Source of the DNA: Mytilus edulis
Taxonomy: Eukaryota
Length of the DNA: 64,000 nt
Direction: 5' to 3'
Assembly (NCBI RefSeq): GCF_963676685.1
Contig: NC_092350.1
Span: forward strand, 13,516,001-13,580,000
Of the stretch, positions 26,301-39,200 are shown in pieces. The notes beneath the pieces are model-generated. The model saw nothing but the letters and a program-made list of their open reading frames with translations. It was not told the DNA's origin and made no database searches. The position numbers and the translations under genes were made by a program. How positions within the stretch are numbered: the first letter of the stretch is position 1; each line of letters begins with the position of its first letter.

Positions 26301-29064
26301 TACAAGTTGTCATTTTACATGTACATCTTATTCTACATGTTCTATATAGAAATTTCTACAAGTATTCATTATTTTAAATTTACAGTATGGGTTTTTCTCA
26401 TTGTTGAAGACTGTATGGAAACCTGTGGAGGTTTAAAACTTTCTCTTTTTATTTCTGGTGGATAGTCGCTCATTGGCAATGCGACCACATCTCAATAATT
26501 TCATATATACCTTTAATTTTTAATTTGTAAGATATTTTTACACATATATGTTAATACAGATGACTGTATTTATAAATACCGGTATATATGCAAATTTGAA
26601 ATAATACAAGATATTTTACCTGTGAAGTTGACCTTGACTTAGGATACTGAGGTACTCGTAAAGGTGATGATGGCTGAGATTTATCTGTCTTTATAACTGA
26701 GCTAACCACATTAGTAACAGCTGTTTGAATCAGAGAGACAGGTAGAGGAGCTGGTAATATCCTGGCTGGCTGGATAGGAATAACAGGAGTTGTTTGAATA
26801 TTCGTTGGCTGTGGCAAGATTTGTTGATTTATATGAGCTGGTTGTGGTAATGATGTCACCAACTGACCAATAGATTGGACAAACTGGGGCATAGCACATA
26901 TTTGAGGTGAGATTGGTTGACCAATAGACTGAGCAGCAAATACAGTGGGAATGAGTTGATTGACAACAGGCTGGAGTAATAAATGAGCAGGTTGAGACAT
27001 AGCGTGTGCGGCTGGTGGCACTGTTGTAATGGCAATACTTGTGGCTCCAAGTGGTAGGCAAGTAGGCTGCAAGAAAATATATACATTTGATATCAACAGT
27101 GCTTTTGTTATTGAGCCAAAATTAAAATCGGTTTAATCTTCAAAGCATGTCTGATCCCTTCATTGCCAAATTTGTCATATATCTAGCAGATTTGAAAAGT
27201 AGCGCAAAAGAGGTAAACATCCTATTCTTATGCCTAATGCTTCACATAGGAAAATCTTTTCAGTAAATTGATGAGCTATTCTTAACACACACTAGGAATT
27301 TAGTTATATTGCTAACTACATTGCACAAATGTAGAGTAAATTATTTCAAAATTGTTACAACTAAAAATCTTTTTTTATCATTTCTTAGAAAAGTTTAAGT
27401 TCAAATTTTAACCTGAGTAGTTGTTAAAACATCAGATGTAGAAAAATATATCATTCTACTGGACTCCATGTTAATCAAAGGTGAAGCTCACTGAAGCTAT
27501 TCAAACTATACCAATTTCTATTGTTGTAAGATGTCAGAGGAGTGAAATAATCATGTTTATTTCACATGTGAAATTATTGGTTTTTATTTCACTGGGAAAT
27601 CAATGAAATTCATTGCAACCAATGTAATAATCAAATTTAATGCACATGGAAATAATAATATATTAACGATTACATGACAAGGGTAATATTTAACTTATAT
27701 TTACCTGAATATTCATTTGGGTTGACACTGGTGATTTCTTCGTTATAATATCTTTACGCAAACTCTGAACTATAATCCTCTGCAAAGAAATTTAAATAAT
27801 TCATTTCTATTAAACATTATGCTTCTTTTTTTTAATTGATACAACATTTCAATTTTACAGTATTTTTTTATGCCTTTACTTTCTTTTAAAGTGGATTTGA
27901 TGTTAGAGTTCAGATGTCATAAGCCTCATTAGGCAAATTTTATTTCAACTTCTTGGGATTTTCACCCTCCTAATATATGGAGAATTTAACTTTTCCGGTT
28001 AAACAGTCCATTTTTCGGGAGGCAGTACCCAGTACTTATACCCGTCTATATACAGTTTTAAATATTCCTTTGATATTTTCCCCCTCTTTATAAGCATAAA
28101 ACTGTTTAATCTTGCTGTTGGACCATAGCTCTTAGGTCCTTAAGATATTTTTTTACAATTTGCTAACCCTAAGCTCTAAGGTTCTTGTAAGTTTTTTGTG
28201 CACATATTGTCAAAAAAAGTCATAAGAACATAAGAGGTAATGATCAGCAACTGTCTGATTATTGTAATTATGTTAAATAAGATGTTATTAAATAAACTCA
28301 AAATTATATTTAGTTAGTGTAACACTCTATAATGTGACTTTGGATAGATTTTACAAAAATATATATATCTTTCACCTGATACATAGAAAAATTGTCAAAA
28401 TTCACTTTTTTCAAATTCAAATTAAATTACCTGTTTTTCACTTAAAACTGTAATCTGTTTCTGTAAATCACGAAGTTGTGTTTTCAGCTCCACATTCTGT
28501 AATGAAATACATGAATTATTATTTGTATAAGTGTAACTGGAAAATGAAACTTTGTCCAACAAAAATCAATAAATACCCAAGCATATAAAATGTACAACAA
28601 TGATTCAGTAAAAATACTTAATTTCCTCACCTGTAGGTCAGCCTTTATTTTAGAAACCAGGATCTGAAATTATAAAAAGTACAAAATACTAGTAAATCAT
28701 ATTTTAATTATTAATTTTATTGTAAATCTGTTTTTACTATCCATAATTGTGTAATGTGACGTGCGCATTCATAACCACTCATACGAAACGACACAGAAAT
28801 ATTGGGTTATTTTTGGGAAAATACACAAATAAAACCAACGAAACAATTAATAAATAAATTCATATTCAAAGATATTCAAATAATATACAATAAAATTAAT
28901 AGCAATAAATGTTGACTCGATGCAAAATTTAATACACAACTTTGTTTTGCGATATGAAAATAAGAAAGTTGCATTTGAAAACCATTGGTTGTTTTTACCT
29001 GATGATTTTGAATAGCCGACTTCAGCTGCACTTGAATTAATTCTAGCTCTGGAGTTGTCATCAT
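17365..29064 (-). CDS. PHF21A: PHD finger protein 21 (BHC80, CoREST/LSD1 complex) homolog; exons 29064-28999, 28663-28631, 28496-28431, 27779-27705, 27066-26620, 26268-26164, 24799-24748, 23942-23869, 23100-23043, 22563-22448, 20951-20799, 20240-20168, 19106-19003, 17466-17365; 507 aa
   Basis: The N-terminal coiled coil ELELIQVQLKSAIQNHQ-ILVSKIKADLQ-NVELKTQLRDLQKQITVLSEKQ matches the PHF21 start. Further motifs: FMSALELIT..., RRRRTTANP, AT-hook KRSRGRPPK, PHD finger CSKC...CDTC...HIHC...WSCPKC, and TLAMVHNFIANKTAKEEEKRKL followed by a C-terminal coiled coil. All introns are phase-consistent. Probably co-orthologous to vertebrate PHF21A and PHF21B. Confidence 0.9.
17498..18572. mobile_element. 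Non-autonomous DNA transposon, Kolobok-like, in last PHF21 intron
   Basis: Imperfect TIRs ggccaactaaaattaattagtagattttcatcc / ggatgaaaatctatcaattaatttaaattggcc, flanked by ataa and ttaa. Confidence 0.65.
21241..22403. mobile_element. Helentron/HINE-like element carrying ~5.7 copies of a ~169-bp tandem repeat and a (GACG/GACT)n microsatellite
   Basis: aattctgtt recurs at 21413, 21581, 21750, 21919, 22088 and 22257. Microsatellite at 22303-22349. Sub-terminal repeat ataccccacg and a terminal hairpin ending gcgtggggtataat. Confidence 0.75.
24996..25658. mobile_element. Helentron/HINE-like element with ~2.8 x 168-bp repeat, copy 1
   Basis: 56-codon periodicity in the spurious ORFs, (GACG)n at 25553-25613, and terminal hairpin tatacccccc...ggggggtata. 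Nearly identical to 29956-30603. Confidence 0.8.
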
Positions 29065-29769
29065 AGAATATATCGGAATCAACAGAAATATTTTACTCTG
29101 TTTTAATTATTTTTTTCCTTAAAAACAAGAAAATTACACAGAGCAACACATCACGGGCACATAACGATCACTGACCTCTTCCGTTTTGCGGAGAATATGC
29201 TCAAGTTTCTTCAAAATTTAAATATGGCATATATAGTTCAAAAAGATGTCATATTATGAACCATTGGTATATCAAAAATCAGAAAAAGGATAGTAATTTA
29301 CCTTACTATTTAACTGAAACAGTTTTTGCACAGAATTATTTTGACACGCGGATGCATCGACAGTCGAACCACTGTGCTCCACTACGTGTAAACGTGTTAG
29401 CGAATACAATCTGGAGAATGGTCGTTAATATTCTTAAATCCGTTGAAATTTAATACATGAGACCACTTGAAACTAAACACTGTACTGTGTTATACCAGTC
29501 TCAGAAATTACTAATGATTTACAACTACATATACATTTCCTTATATAAAAAGAAGATGTGGTATGATTGCCAATGAGACAACTATCCACAATTAAAAGAC
29601 CAAAATGACACAGACATTTAACAGCATTTAACTCATTTCTTTTAGCGTGCTCAACCATGTTGACCACCGAGCCTCCTTAACCGATAAACGGGCATTGGAA
29701 ACTTACAAGAGAGTTCCTACACAATATATGAAATTTTAAAGATATAACTCATATAATTTTAGATATAAA

Positions 29770-30800
29770 CTCACAGTTGATTAACTTCCTCCAATCGGAA
29801 GCAGTGACCACGACATCGTACTATTGGGCCTAGCTAGCAGCTAAAGTAACATGACCAAAACCAACCAGTTTAGAACCATCAACCTCTGGAAATATGCCAA
29901 TATGGAGTGGAAATCAAGAAAAGCCTTACTGAGTAACTTCACTGAATTCAAGTTAAACAAGTGAAACTGCGAGCTACTGCTCACTGATGATACCCCCGCC
30001 GCAAGTGGATAATATTAATAGTGTAAAAATATGGAAGGGTTCGGTAAACAGGAAGTTGTCGAGTGATGAATCTGAAAACGCATCACACGGTATAGCTGAC
30101 TTATAAAAATCCTGAAACCAAATTTCAGAAATCCTTGTATTGTAGTTCCTGAGAAAAATGTGACGAAAATTTTTAACTTGGTTATCATGTGTAAAATCAT
30201 ACAAGTGTTCGGTAAACAGGAAGTTGTCGAGTGATGAATCTGAAAACGCATCACACGGTAAACCTGACTTATATAAATCCTGAAACCAAATTTCAGAAAT
30301 CCTTGTATTGTAGTTCCTGAGAAAAATGTGACGAAAATTTTCAACTTGGCTATCATGTGTAAAATCAGACAAGTGTTCGGTAAACAGGAAGTTGTCAAGT
30401 GATGAATCTGAAAACGCATCACACGGTATGGCTGACATATATAAATGTTGATACCAAATTACAGAAAGGGTGGATGTGTAGTTCCTGAGAAAAATGTGAC
30501 GAAAGTTTCATGGGACGGACTGACTGACGGACGGACTGATGGACGGACAGACAGAGGTAAAACAGTATACCCCCCCCCCCCTTTTTTTGAAGTGGGGTAT
30601 AATCATGCAATTTCAGTGATATCAACGCAATGTGGAATAATTTCAAGAACATCATCATGAATGTAATGACCACATACGTACCAACTAAACAGACTAAAGA
30701 GAGATACAGCCACCCTTGGATGAACACACAGCTACGTAAAATTAGCAACAGCAAACAGCGTGCATACACTATGGCTAAAAGATCTAAAAACACTAGAGAG
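29770..30800 (+). mobile_element. Degenerate non-LTR retrotransposon ORF2 fragment (end of APE endonuclease plus linker), split by the HINE
   Basis: PPIGSSDHDIVL before the insertion and MWNNFKNII...YVPTKQ...HPWMNTQLRK after it. Confidence 0.6.
29956..30603. mobile_element. Helentron/HINE-like element with 168-bp repeat, copy 2 (inserted in a LINE remnant)
   Basis: Nearly identical to 24996-25658. Confidence 0.8.
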
Positions 30801-30885
30801 AGATTGGCCTGTATTTTATTTGAAGAAAACCACTGTTTTAAATAATTGCTGTCTTCTTTAAAAGCAAAAATTACATCTTGTCAAA

Positions 30886-32600
30886 GTATCTGTATCTGTA
30901 TTCCCAAAATGAAATTCTGTATGTGGATGTATACGTCACAGATTCCTTTCGGCATGATTGTGTGACGGTTAGTCTGCGCACAAGCAAGTTCGTCTGAGGA
31001 GTGCAGTTTTAAACTCCCGTCAGTTGTAGGGACGCACACTACCGAGTCATCTAGACCACTCTACTGCAGTGCGCATGTTCTTAGTGATAAAGTTGTTAAA
31101 GGTTGTAGCCCTTAGTGTCGTTTTAGTCTGTGAAATTTAATAAGGTCGTCCATGAGAGGGAGCACTGGTATCTTCCCATTAAACACTTTGAAAAATAAAA
31201 TCAATCATTGTTGTTGACGGAAGCTGCAGTTCTTATAGAATTTTTGTCATACATCCTTTCTCTCTTGATTTGTATGCTTTAGCGATGAATCGAACCCCTC
31301 CCTTTTGTATGGATTCTAATTAATCTATGTCCTTTTGCGTATATTGGTCTCAGATAATTGATCCATACTCTTTAACGGATCTTATTAGTGATATACATGC
31401 TGTTTTACGGTATTCCTTAGGGCAGTGTTGTATATTTCTCCTAAGGAAGCCTAGCTTTCATGGAACTGGCTTTGTTAGTTGAATAACACTTGTTCTAGCA
31501 CGTGGTTATTAAGGTTGTAGAACTGCTTGAATTTGCTTTCTAGGCTTAGCAGATCCCCCCCCCCCCCTTTTAGCACATATAAAGCATTTTTTAGCGTTGA
31601 AGCGCATACCCCAGTCGTTGGTCTATTTTTCTAGTGATTTGAGATCTTCTTGTAGCCGTTTGTTATGTTTATTTTGGTTTTTGATTTTTGATGTCCCTGT
31701 ACAGCAAGCAGTCGTCTGCAAATAGTCGGACTGATGAGTATACTGCATCTGGAAGATCATTTATGTGACAAAAAAAAAGGATGGATCCTAGATCTGTTCC
31801 TTGGGGGATTCCGGATTCAACTGAGGCATTAGTTGAGTGTTCTCCTTTTATATGTTCTAGTTGGACTTGCATTTTTCTTTCAGTTAGGAATTAAGTTAGC
31901 CATTTGTGGATATTTCTTCTTATTCCATATTGATTTATTTTGTGCAGGAGTCGATCATTAGGTACAGTATCGAAGTCTTCGATAAATCCTGGATCGCATT
32001 GACGGTCTACTTGGTTTCCCTTGTCGTATGACTGGAGCATGTCGTTGATTGGGATGGAAATTAGGTCTCCCCTAGAATATCCAGATCTAAATCCATGGTT
32101 TAAAGAAGTCAATACATTATGCTTGTCAAGGTGTTTAAGCTAGCATATGTCTGCATATAATGTGCTCAAGTAGCTTACATGGTACTGATGTTAGCGAGAC
32201 TGGCCTATAGTTTCAGCCTCCTTTCTTGAAGATCCTAGAGATGTTGGCATTTCTCAAGTCCTCTAGTAGAGTACCACTGTCTCTAGGGATAGCTGGAATA
32301 TTGATGTTAGTATCAGTGTGCCAGATGTTCTGCGCATTGTTCCAGTACTCTATTTGGTATATTGTCTGAAGCTTTGGATGGGTTGATGGTTAGCAGCAGT
32401 TTTTTTTCACTCCTCCTGTTCTGATGGTAATTTGATATATGGAGTCTTTTACCCTGATGCTTGTTTTGGGTAATGTTTGTGTTGTTTCTTTTTTGAAGAC
32501 AGACGCAAATTGCTTCAGAAGAATTTGAGTCTTCTCCTTATTTTCGTTTATGAGCTGTCATTGTTTCTTAGTTCATTAGAGCTGATGTTAAATCATTTGT
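30886..32600 (-). mobile_element. Degenerate LINE (RT domain plus 3' end)
   Basis: HGFRSGYS..., FDTVPNDRLLHK, SGIPQG.DLG.ILF..HINDLP...VRLFADDCLLYR, with frameshifts. A short (GATACA)n tail lies at ~30886-30901. Confidence 0.8.
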
Positions 32601-33189
32601 CAAATATAAATTATATTTACAATTCTCCCAAGATTTTACATAGGATACTTTTAAACAACTACGCAAAGTAAACATTTTCTGAATTTGTATTTATTAAAGT
32701 TACTAGTACAAGGCAGATCAATAATTTTACATAGGTGTCTGACACTGCTATACCAACTATTGTGATTTTGGGGTCAAACCCATAATCCAACAGACCCATA
32801 ATCCGACAGTCCCGTAGTCCGACAACCCGACAGTCCGACACGCATTCACTTGTCTCTGAAAAGTCAAGTATGGCTTTAAATACATGAAAGTGATTTTTTT
32901 TACACAAAAAATTGTCAAATCGATCAGTATGGCGTCTTCTCACCTCGAACCTGACCAGTATTCTGCGGGTGTGACCCTAGAAAAATAAATGACCCGTTGT
33001 CACCTGGATTCAAAGCCTTCAGACTGATTTCATATTGAGTGATTTTCCTTAGCAGAACCGGTAAATTCGTAATTCTCCTTGGACAATACATTCAACTAGT
33101 AGCTTTGTAAACTCAAATTAACTGACCCATGTCAGTGCATGGCTTCACTTGACAGCTTTGGTGTACATGTCAAACACACTGTTGATAAA

Positions 33190-33341
33190 CAGTGGCGGAT
33201 GCAGGAATTTTCGAAAGGGGGGGTGCTAGCCCAGGGCAAAGGGGGGGTGCAAAACATATGTCCCGATTCAAATGCATTGATCGGCCAAAATAAAGGGGGG
33301 GGGTGCGGACCCCCGGAACCCCCCCTCTGGATCCGCCACTG
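33190..33341. mobile_element. GC-rich MITE (hAT-like termini)
   Basis: TIR cagtggcggat / atccgccactg. The flanking direct repeat tgataaacag overlaps the termini, so TSD length is ambiguous. Confidence 0.7.
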
Positions 33342-33448
33342 ATAAACAGCCATTACCTAAGCTTAAGGTCGTAAATAATTTGTTTATTTCAAGTTAAATT
33401 GTTTCCCCTTTCACAATATATGTAACCCTTCAACTTAGGTTGTTTTGA

Positions 33449-33995
33449 TTTTTAGCTTATCTGACCTGAAAGGTCAAGTGAGCCTTTCTCATCACTTGAC
33501 GTCCATCGTCCGTCGTCGTTAACGTTTACAAAAATCTTCTCTTAAACTACAGAGACAAAACTAACCAATTTTAGCCATAATCACCATTAGGGTATCTTGG
33601 TAAAAAAAAATGTTCGATGACCCTGCCTTCCAACCAACACCCATCTCCGACAAGGGTAAAATTAGAACATAAATGTAAAAGGCAGTTTTTGGTTTATACC
33701 TCTGAAACAAAAGCATTAAAACAAAGCTGATGGGTGTAAAAAATGTTCATCAGATTTAGATTTATCTGCCCTGAATTTTTCAGAAGAATAAGACAACCTC
33801 TTGTTAGGTTGCTGCCCCTGAAATAGTAATTTATAGAAATTTTTTAGTTTTTTGTTATTATGTAAGATATAATTATAGTGTCTAATGATATTGTATATCG
33901 AATACTGTTGATTATGTTTAAACCTTTTTTCAACATGATTTTCAAAGCATCATAAAATACAGGTGAGCGACACAAGCTCTTGAGAGTCTCTAGTT
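33449..33995 (+). mobile_element. HINE/Helentron-type non-autonomous element
   Basis: Starts ttttagcttatctgacctgaaaggtcaagtgagc followed by (cgtc)n. Ends caggtgagcga plus the hairpin gctcttgagagtc. Confidence 0.6.
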
Positions 33996-34092
33996 TGTGT
34001 AAAAGATTAAATCTAGAATGCAAAATCATACTTTACTATTTTTCTAGAACAATTAACTGTTGTGAAATAAAAAAATAAAAAACTTTTTACTG

Positions 34093-34327
34093 AAAGTACG
34101 CATAAAAAAAACTTTTAATTGCATTCGGCCTTTTTATACCCGAGAACACTATTTTGAATAAAGCCTTAGATCTACAGATCTCTAAAGATTTAGATAATAA
34201 AAATCACGGGAGCGTAGCTATAATCTAAATCTTTTAGAGATCTGTAAAGCTTTATTCAAAATAGAGTTCTCGGCATAAAAAGGCCGAATGCAATTTAAAA
34301 AAAAGGTTTTTATTATGCGGACTTTCT
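34093..34327. repeat. Foldback/palindromic element with ~100-bp imperfect arms
   Basis: attgcattcggcctttttat...gagaacactattttgaataaagc is mirrored by gctttattcaaaatagagttctc...aaaaaggccgaatgcaat. Confidence 0.75.
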
Positions 34328-34979
34328 GTTATATTCATCCTGTCTTTTGTGGAGCACCTCAATTTTTGTTGACCGAAATGTTTTCTTGGACTACTTTTTA
34401 AACATATTTTTTTAAATAAATTTTATTTTCATATATATTCAAACATAAAATGATCGAAACTTAACCAAATGCAACAAACAACAATACGAAAAAATATGTG
34501 TATCAGTTTGATAAATTTAAGACATAAACATAAAAAAATCTTAACAGTTTCCCTTTTACTTAGAGGCGTAATGATTTCCAACATGTCAGCCTCCATGGGG
34601 ATCATTCTGCAAAAAATTGAACTGTAGAAATATTGAAGTTAGACTCGATAGACCTTTAAAGAAACAAAATTTTGTTGATTTTAAGGATAGCAGTAGTCAA
34701 TTACATCATAGATAATTATTTGAAAGAACGGAGAGGTGTGTACTGCTTTTCTCGAAGTCCAATTTCCACAAGAGTTATTGACTGGCAAATATGGCCGTTT
34801 TTACACAAAAAAAAACCAAACTCTTTTAAGTAAGATAAACCACGTGCAACTGGAAGAGATTTGAATCATAACACATTGTAGATGAATAGAATAAGATTGG
34901 ATAAATTAAGGTTAATGGAGTACAAGTTTTCCTCTCTTCATGTATTTTGTTTCCTTTGAACTTATAAGCATGAAACACC

Positions 34980-35389
34980 TTTATTTCGCTAATCCCCGCT
35001 GACCTGGCCGTTTGAATTTTTGATGTCATACAACAATCACTTTTCCATTGTGGCGTCAGATATTTGGTTTATGACGTTTGAATTTTACGGGAACCTGTGT
35101 GATACATCATGTACATGTATACAGTGGGGGTCTCATTGGGGGGTTCCGATCCCGGATCCCGCTTACTGTTTTGTCAGATTCCCGTATCCCGCTTACACTA
35201 TGTACGTAAGCAATTCTCATTTTTTTTGTCATTTCCCGGGTCCCGCAAGACCTCATTTCCCTTTTTCACCCCACAATAATTTTTTTACTTTTACGTGTCG
35301 CGCTTACAAAAAATCGGCAATCCCGCGTCACGCTTAGACCCCAATGAGACCCACTACAGTAATGGCGGACAAATAGCGATAAGGTGTAC
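34980..35389. mobile_element. MITE with nested second MITE (35126-35354)
   Basis: The outer element matches the intact copy at 41487-41648. The inner element has TIR gggtctcattgggg / ccccaatgagaccc and is flanked by tacagt repeats. Confidence 0.7.
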
Positions 35390-35605
35390 ATTGCAAATGC
35401 TAAGCTACTAAATAGGGCTCTTTGACACATTCCCCATTTCCATTCTCAATTTTATTTACTCTTCACAGTTAGTTGGGCTATATTGGATTAAACTATAGTG
35501 TACTATATAAATGGTTGAGCTTTGGAAGTACTTCTTTTGCTCAGATGGTTAATACTGAAGCAATTCTCATATTTTTTGTTCTCACTGAAAAGGTTTGTTA
35601 AATGA

Positions 35606-36143
35606 AAATAGTGCTGAACGTTTAGAAAGTCACAAACTAGTGCTGAACGTTAAGAAAGTCACAAACTAGTGCTGAAATGTTGAGAAAGCTAATAGAAAAG
35701 TGCTGAACTTTGAGAAAGCTCTTTAAAATAGTTCTAGAGGTAAAGGGGTAGGGTTGAGATCTCACAAACATGTTTAACCCTGCCGCAATTTTTCGCCTGT
35801 CCCAAGTCAGGAGCCTCTGGCCTTTGTTAGTCTTGTATGATTTTTAATTTTAGTTTCTTGTGTATAATTTAGAGTTTAGTATGACGTCCATTATCACTGT
35901 ACTAGTATACATATTTTTAAAGGGGCCAGCTGAAGAAAACCTATGGGTGCGGGAGTTTCTCACAACATTGAAGACCCATTGGTGGCCTTCGGCTTGCCGC
36001 TGTTGTATGCTCTGTGGTCGGGTTGTTGTCGCTTTGACACATTCCCCATTTCCTTTCTCAATTATACTGAACACTGAGAAAGGTTCTAAAATAGTGCTTA
36101 ACGTTGAAAAAGCTCATACAAATAGTTCTGAATGTTGAGAAAG
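35606..36143 (+). repeat. ~30-bp minisatellite (tagtgctgaacgttgagaaag...) interrupted by a SINE-like insertion (~35737-36063)
   Basis: Repeat units lie on both sides of the insertion. The insert contains cctgtcccaagtcaggagcc and the tail ...gacacattccccatttcc, also seen at 563-700, 16428-16488 and 35420-35455. Confidence 0.65.
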
Positions 36144-36290
36144 CTTGCAGTAATGAACTCGATGTCCCAGGTTAGGGGGAGGGTCAGGATCCCGCTAACA
36201 TGGTTAATCCGCCTAACATCAGATGAAATTTTATTTGAATATTCAATTTCAATTTTATCTTTCTTTTAGATATTTATCTTTAACTAAAAT

Positions 36291-39200
36291 ATGGCAAAGA
36301 GACGAGCAGATAAAGAATTAACTGACAGAAATTGGGACGATGCAGATGAACCAGAAGAGGTTAGTTAGGGATTTTACTGACTAATTCATATATGTAGGTA
36401 ATATTTTTATCATGGAATTTTTCAAGCGCCAGGTTACGCAAAATAAGGTAAAAGAATTTTCTTAATTTCATTGAAAAGTAACGAAAAATGAATTGTATTC
36501 CTGTATCAAAATTTGCATGCATACGTATAAAGATCTACACTGATTACCTAGTAATTTATTCTATTTATAGAATAGGAATACCACCATAAAGATATTTTCA
36601 ACATGTATTCAAATTTAGTTCAATCTGACATAAAGTAGTTGACCTGTTACAAATTATGAGTTTCTTATCCACATGAACCATATTTATTATACATGTTGAA
36701 TATACCTGACACATGTCGATAAGTACGTACATTTTTAGATAGTCTATAACACTGTATTTTTAACTTTACATATTGTTGAATTTCAGGCAGGGGAAATCCA
36801 GCTTGCCACTGAAGAATCATTAAAAGGAAGACAAATTCTGAAAGGAAAAAGGAGAGGTGCAGCTCCAGTTCAGGTATTCCAATGTATTCAATTGTGCTAG
36901 TTACTGGAAGTTATAAAAATATTGTAATAAAAGAATAACCATCTTTTTCTTCTTAGTTTCTAACGTAGAGTGCAGGAGTTTGTAGGTTCCATCCCTAGTA
37001 GGATCAACATCTCTGAAATATGTATTTGCTGCCTCTCTGCAGTGTATATTATTGCATTGTGGAATAACATCAAAGAGTGGTCGGCTTTGATTCAGAATAA
37101 TGTGTTAAAGTAGGGTGACAACTGATATAGGAAGATGTGGTATGAGTGCCAATGAGACAACTCTTCATCCAAGTAACAATTTATAAAAGTAACCCATTAT
37201 AGGTCAAGTTACGGCCTTCAACACAGAGCTTTGGCTTACACCGAACAGCAAGCTAGAAATTAGTGCCCCAAAAATTACTAATGTAAAACCATTCAAACGA
37301 AGTCTTCTTGTAGATTGTACATGTACCTTAATCTTTTAAATGCTTTGTAAAAGAAATATATACATTTGTACATTGATACAAAATGGAGTGATATGAGTAC
37401 ATCCTGAAGTTAGTTTTTATTTCTTTATATATTTTGTCCCTTTAAGCAACTAATATTTATAAATTTCAGTTATAGATTTGATATTAAAAACCTTCTTTCT
37501 TTTTAGAACAAAGAATTCAGTGGGTTTTCTGGTTTTAGTTTCAAACCTACAGCAGCTAGTACACCATTCTCTTTTAATGTTAGATCGGTCACCAATGGTG
37601 GGTCGGAAAAGGATGAAAAACAAACGGAGAAAACAAAAGAATCTGAAAATGGACAAGCAAAGACACTTCCACCATCTAATGGTGCTGAGAAAAAGAAAGG
37701 ATCTTATTTGTCAAGTTTGAAAAATTTGAATGAAAGTGTTTTATCATGGATAAAAAGTCATGTTGATAAGAATCCATTTTGTATATTGACTCCTGTATTT
37801 AAAGACTACGAGAAACATTTAGAAGAAATAATGAAAAATAAAGATGGAGAGAAAACAGAAACTGGAGAGAAATCAAAAGGAGAAACAGACACAAGTAAGT
37901 CCTGTTAAACCACTGTAAATTCAACAGTCTTTAAATCTGGTATAATTCTTTATAATTTGCGGGCTACCAACTTTCATGGATTCTGAGCGTAAAATTGAAT
38001 CAGGAGGTGAGCAAGAGTCCAGAAATGGTCATATTTGCCAAACGTAACCGATTCTGAATCTATTTGTGCCAAACGACAGATTCGGATTTGGGACAAATTT
38101 TATTTGTTTAACAAAAATAATTTTGGTCATTTCGTTGAGATTGGGTTTCTTCATCGCCATTTTGCACAGGTTTTTGTCTTGTTTTCCCTTCCCTGTAATA
38201 AAACTGCCACTCCTGTATAGTGTTATAATCCTGAGAGCCCTCCTTATAACTATATTAATGCCTCACAGATATATTGGCTGATGATCGCTAATCTCTTTAG
38301 TCTCTTTATCTGTGTTTTTAATTCACACCTGACTATTGATCACAGGCTCAGAACTAATATTATAAAGAAATTAAAATTCCATAAAAACTATCTTCATTAT
38401 TTGATTACTTTTCAGCTAATACAATTGTCAATTCTGATTTAAAATCAAATGAAAATTTAAATTAATTTACATAGAAAAAGTAATTTTTACTTGACATGCA
38501 TGCTTTGTTTACTACATGTATGTAATATGCATGTGTGGAAATTCTCTTTCGCAGATTCAACCACTTAATCGTAAAATGCAAAATGATTTCATGCTAAAAA
38601 AAACATGTGCAACCATTATCATTAATATTCAAACACTAACAAAGGTATAAATTTAAAAAGCAGATGATTTCCTGTCAATTTGATAACCAAACTAATCTGG
38701 GAAATGAGTACAGAATTAATTACTCGTTTTTGTATTGTCGCAAAAAGTACGGTTTGAATTTTGTCTTCAAAATGGATAGAAACTTTAGCGATGTATACAC
38801 ATTGGCACACCTCTATTTGAAATTAACTGTTCTCAACCCATAATAGATGTCAAATTTATTTGTTTGATGTAAGACCAGTTTTTCGTAAAATAGTAATTTA
38901 TTATTTTTTACAGAAACAGCTCCAACATTTCCCCTTGGAAATTCTCTTATGTCACCAACATCTTTAACAACAGAAAACAAGCCATCTGTTGCAAGTTTTG
39001 CATTTGGTAATTCTCCCAATTCTAAAACAGCAACTACTACAGAGACCAAACCATTGGGAACTGGTTTCCAGTTTGGAGCCAGTTTAACTAAACCAACCGG
39101 GTTTGGTTCTATTCCTACTACAACTGCAGCCTTTGGTGCCAGCTCAACTACAACAACTGGATTTGGCGCAACAGCTACTGGTTTCTCAGGGTTTGGTTTC

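Noticed and set aside
27412-27490. Possible extra PHF21 exon ending CAG|gt on the minus strand
   Set aside because: The nearest acceptor is followed by an in-frame TGA, and the flanking exons already join in phase.
25014-30438. Repetitive 135-154 aa ORFs at 25014-25478 and 29974-30438, and similar ORFs at 21837-22467
   Set aside because: By-products of a 168-bp (multiple of 3) or 169-bp tandem repeat inside non-autonomous elements; no protein family features.
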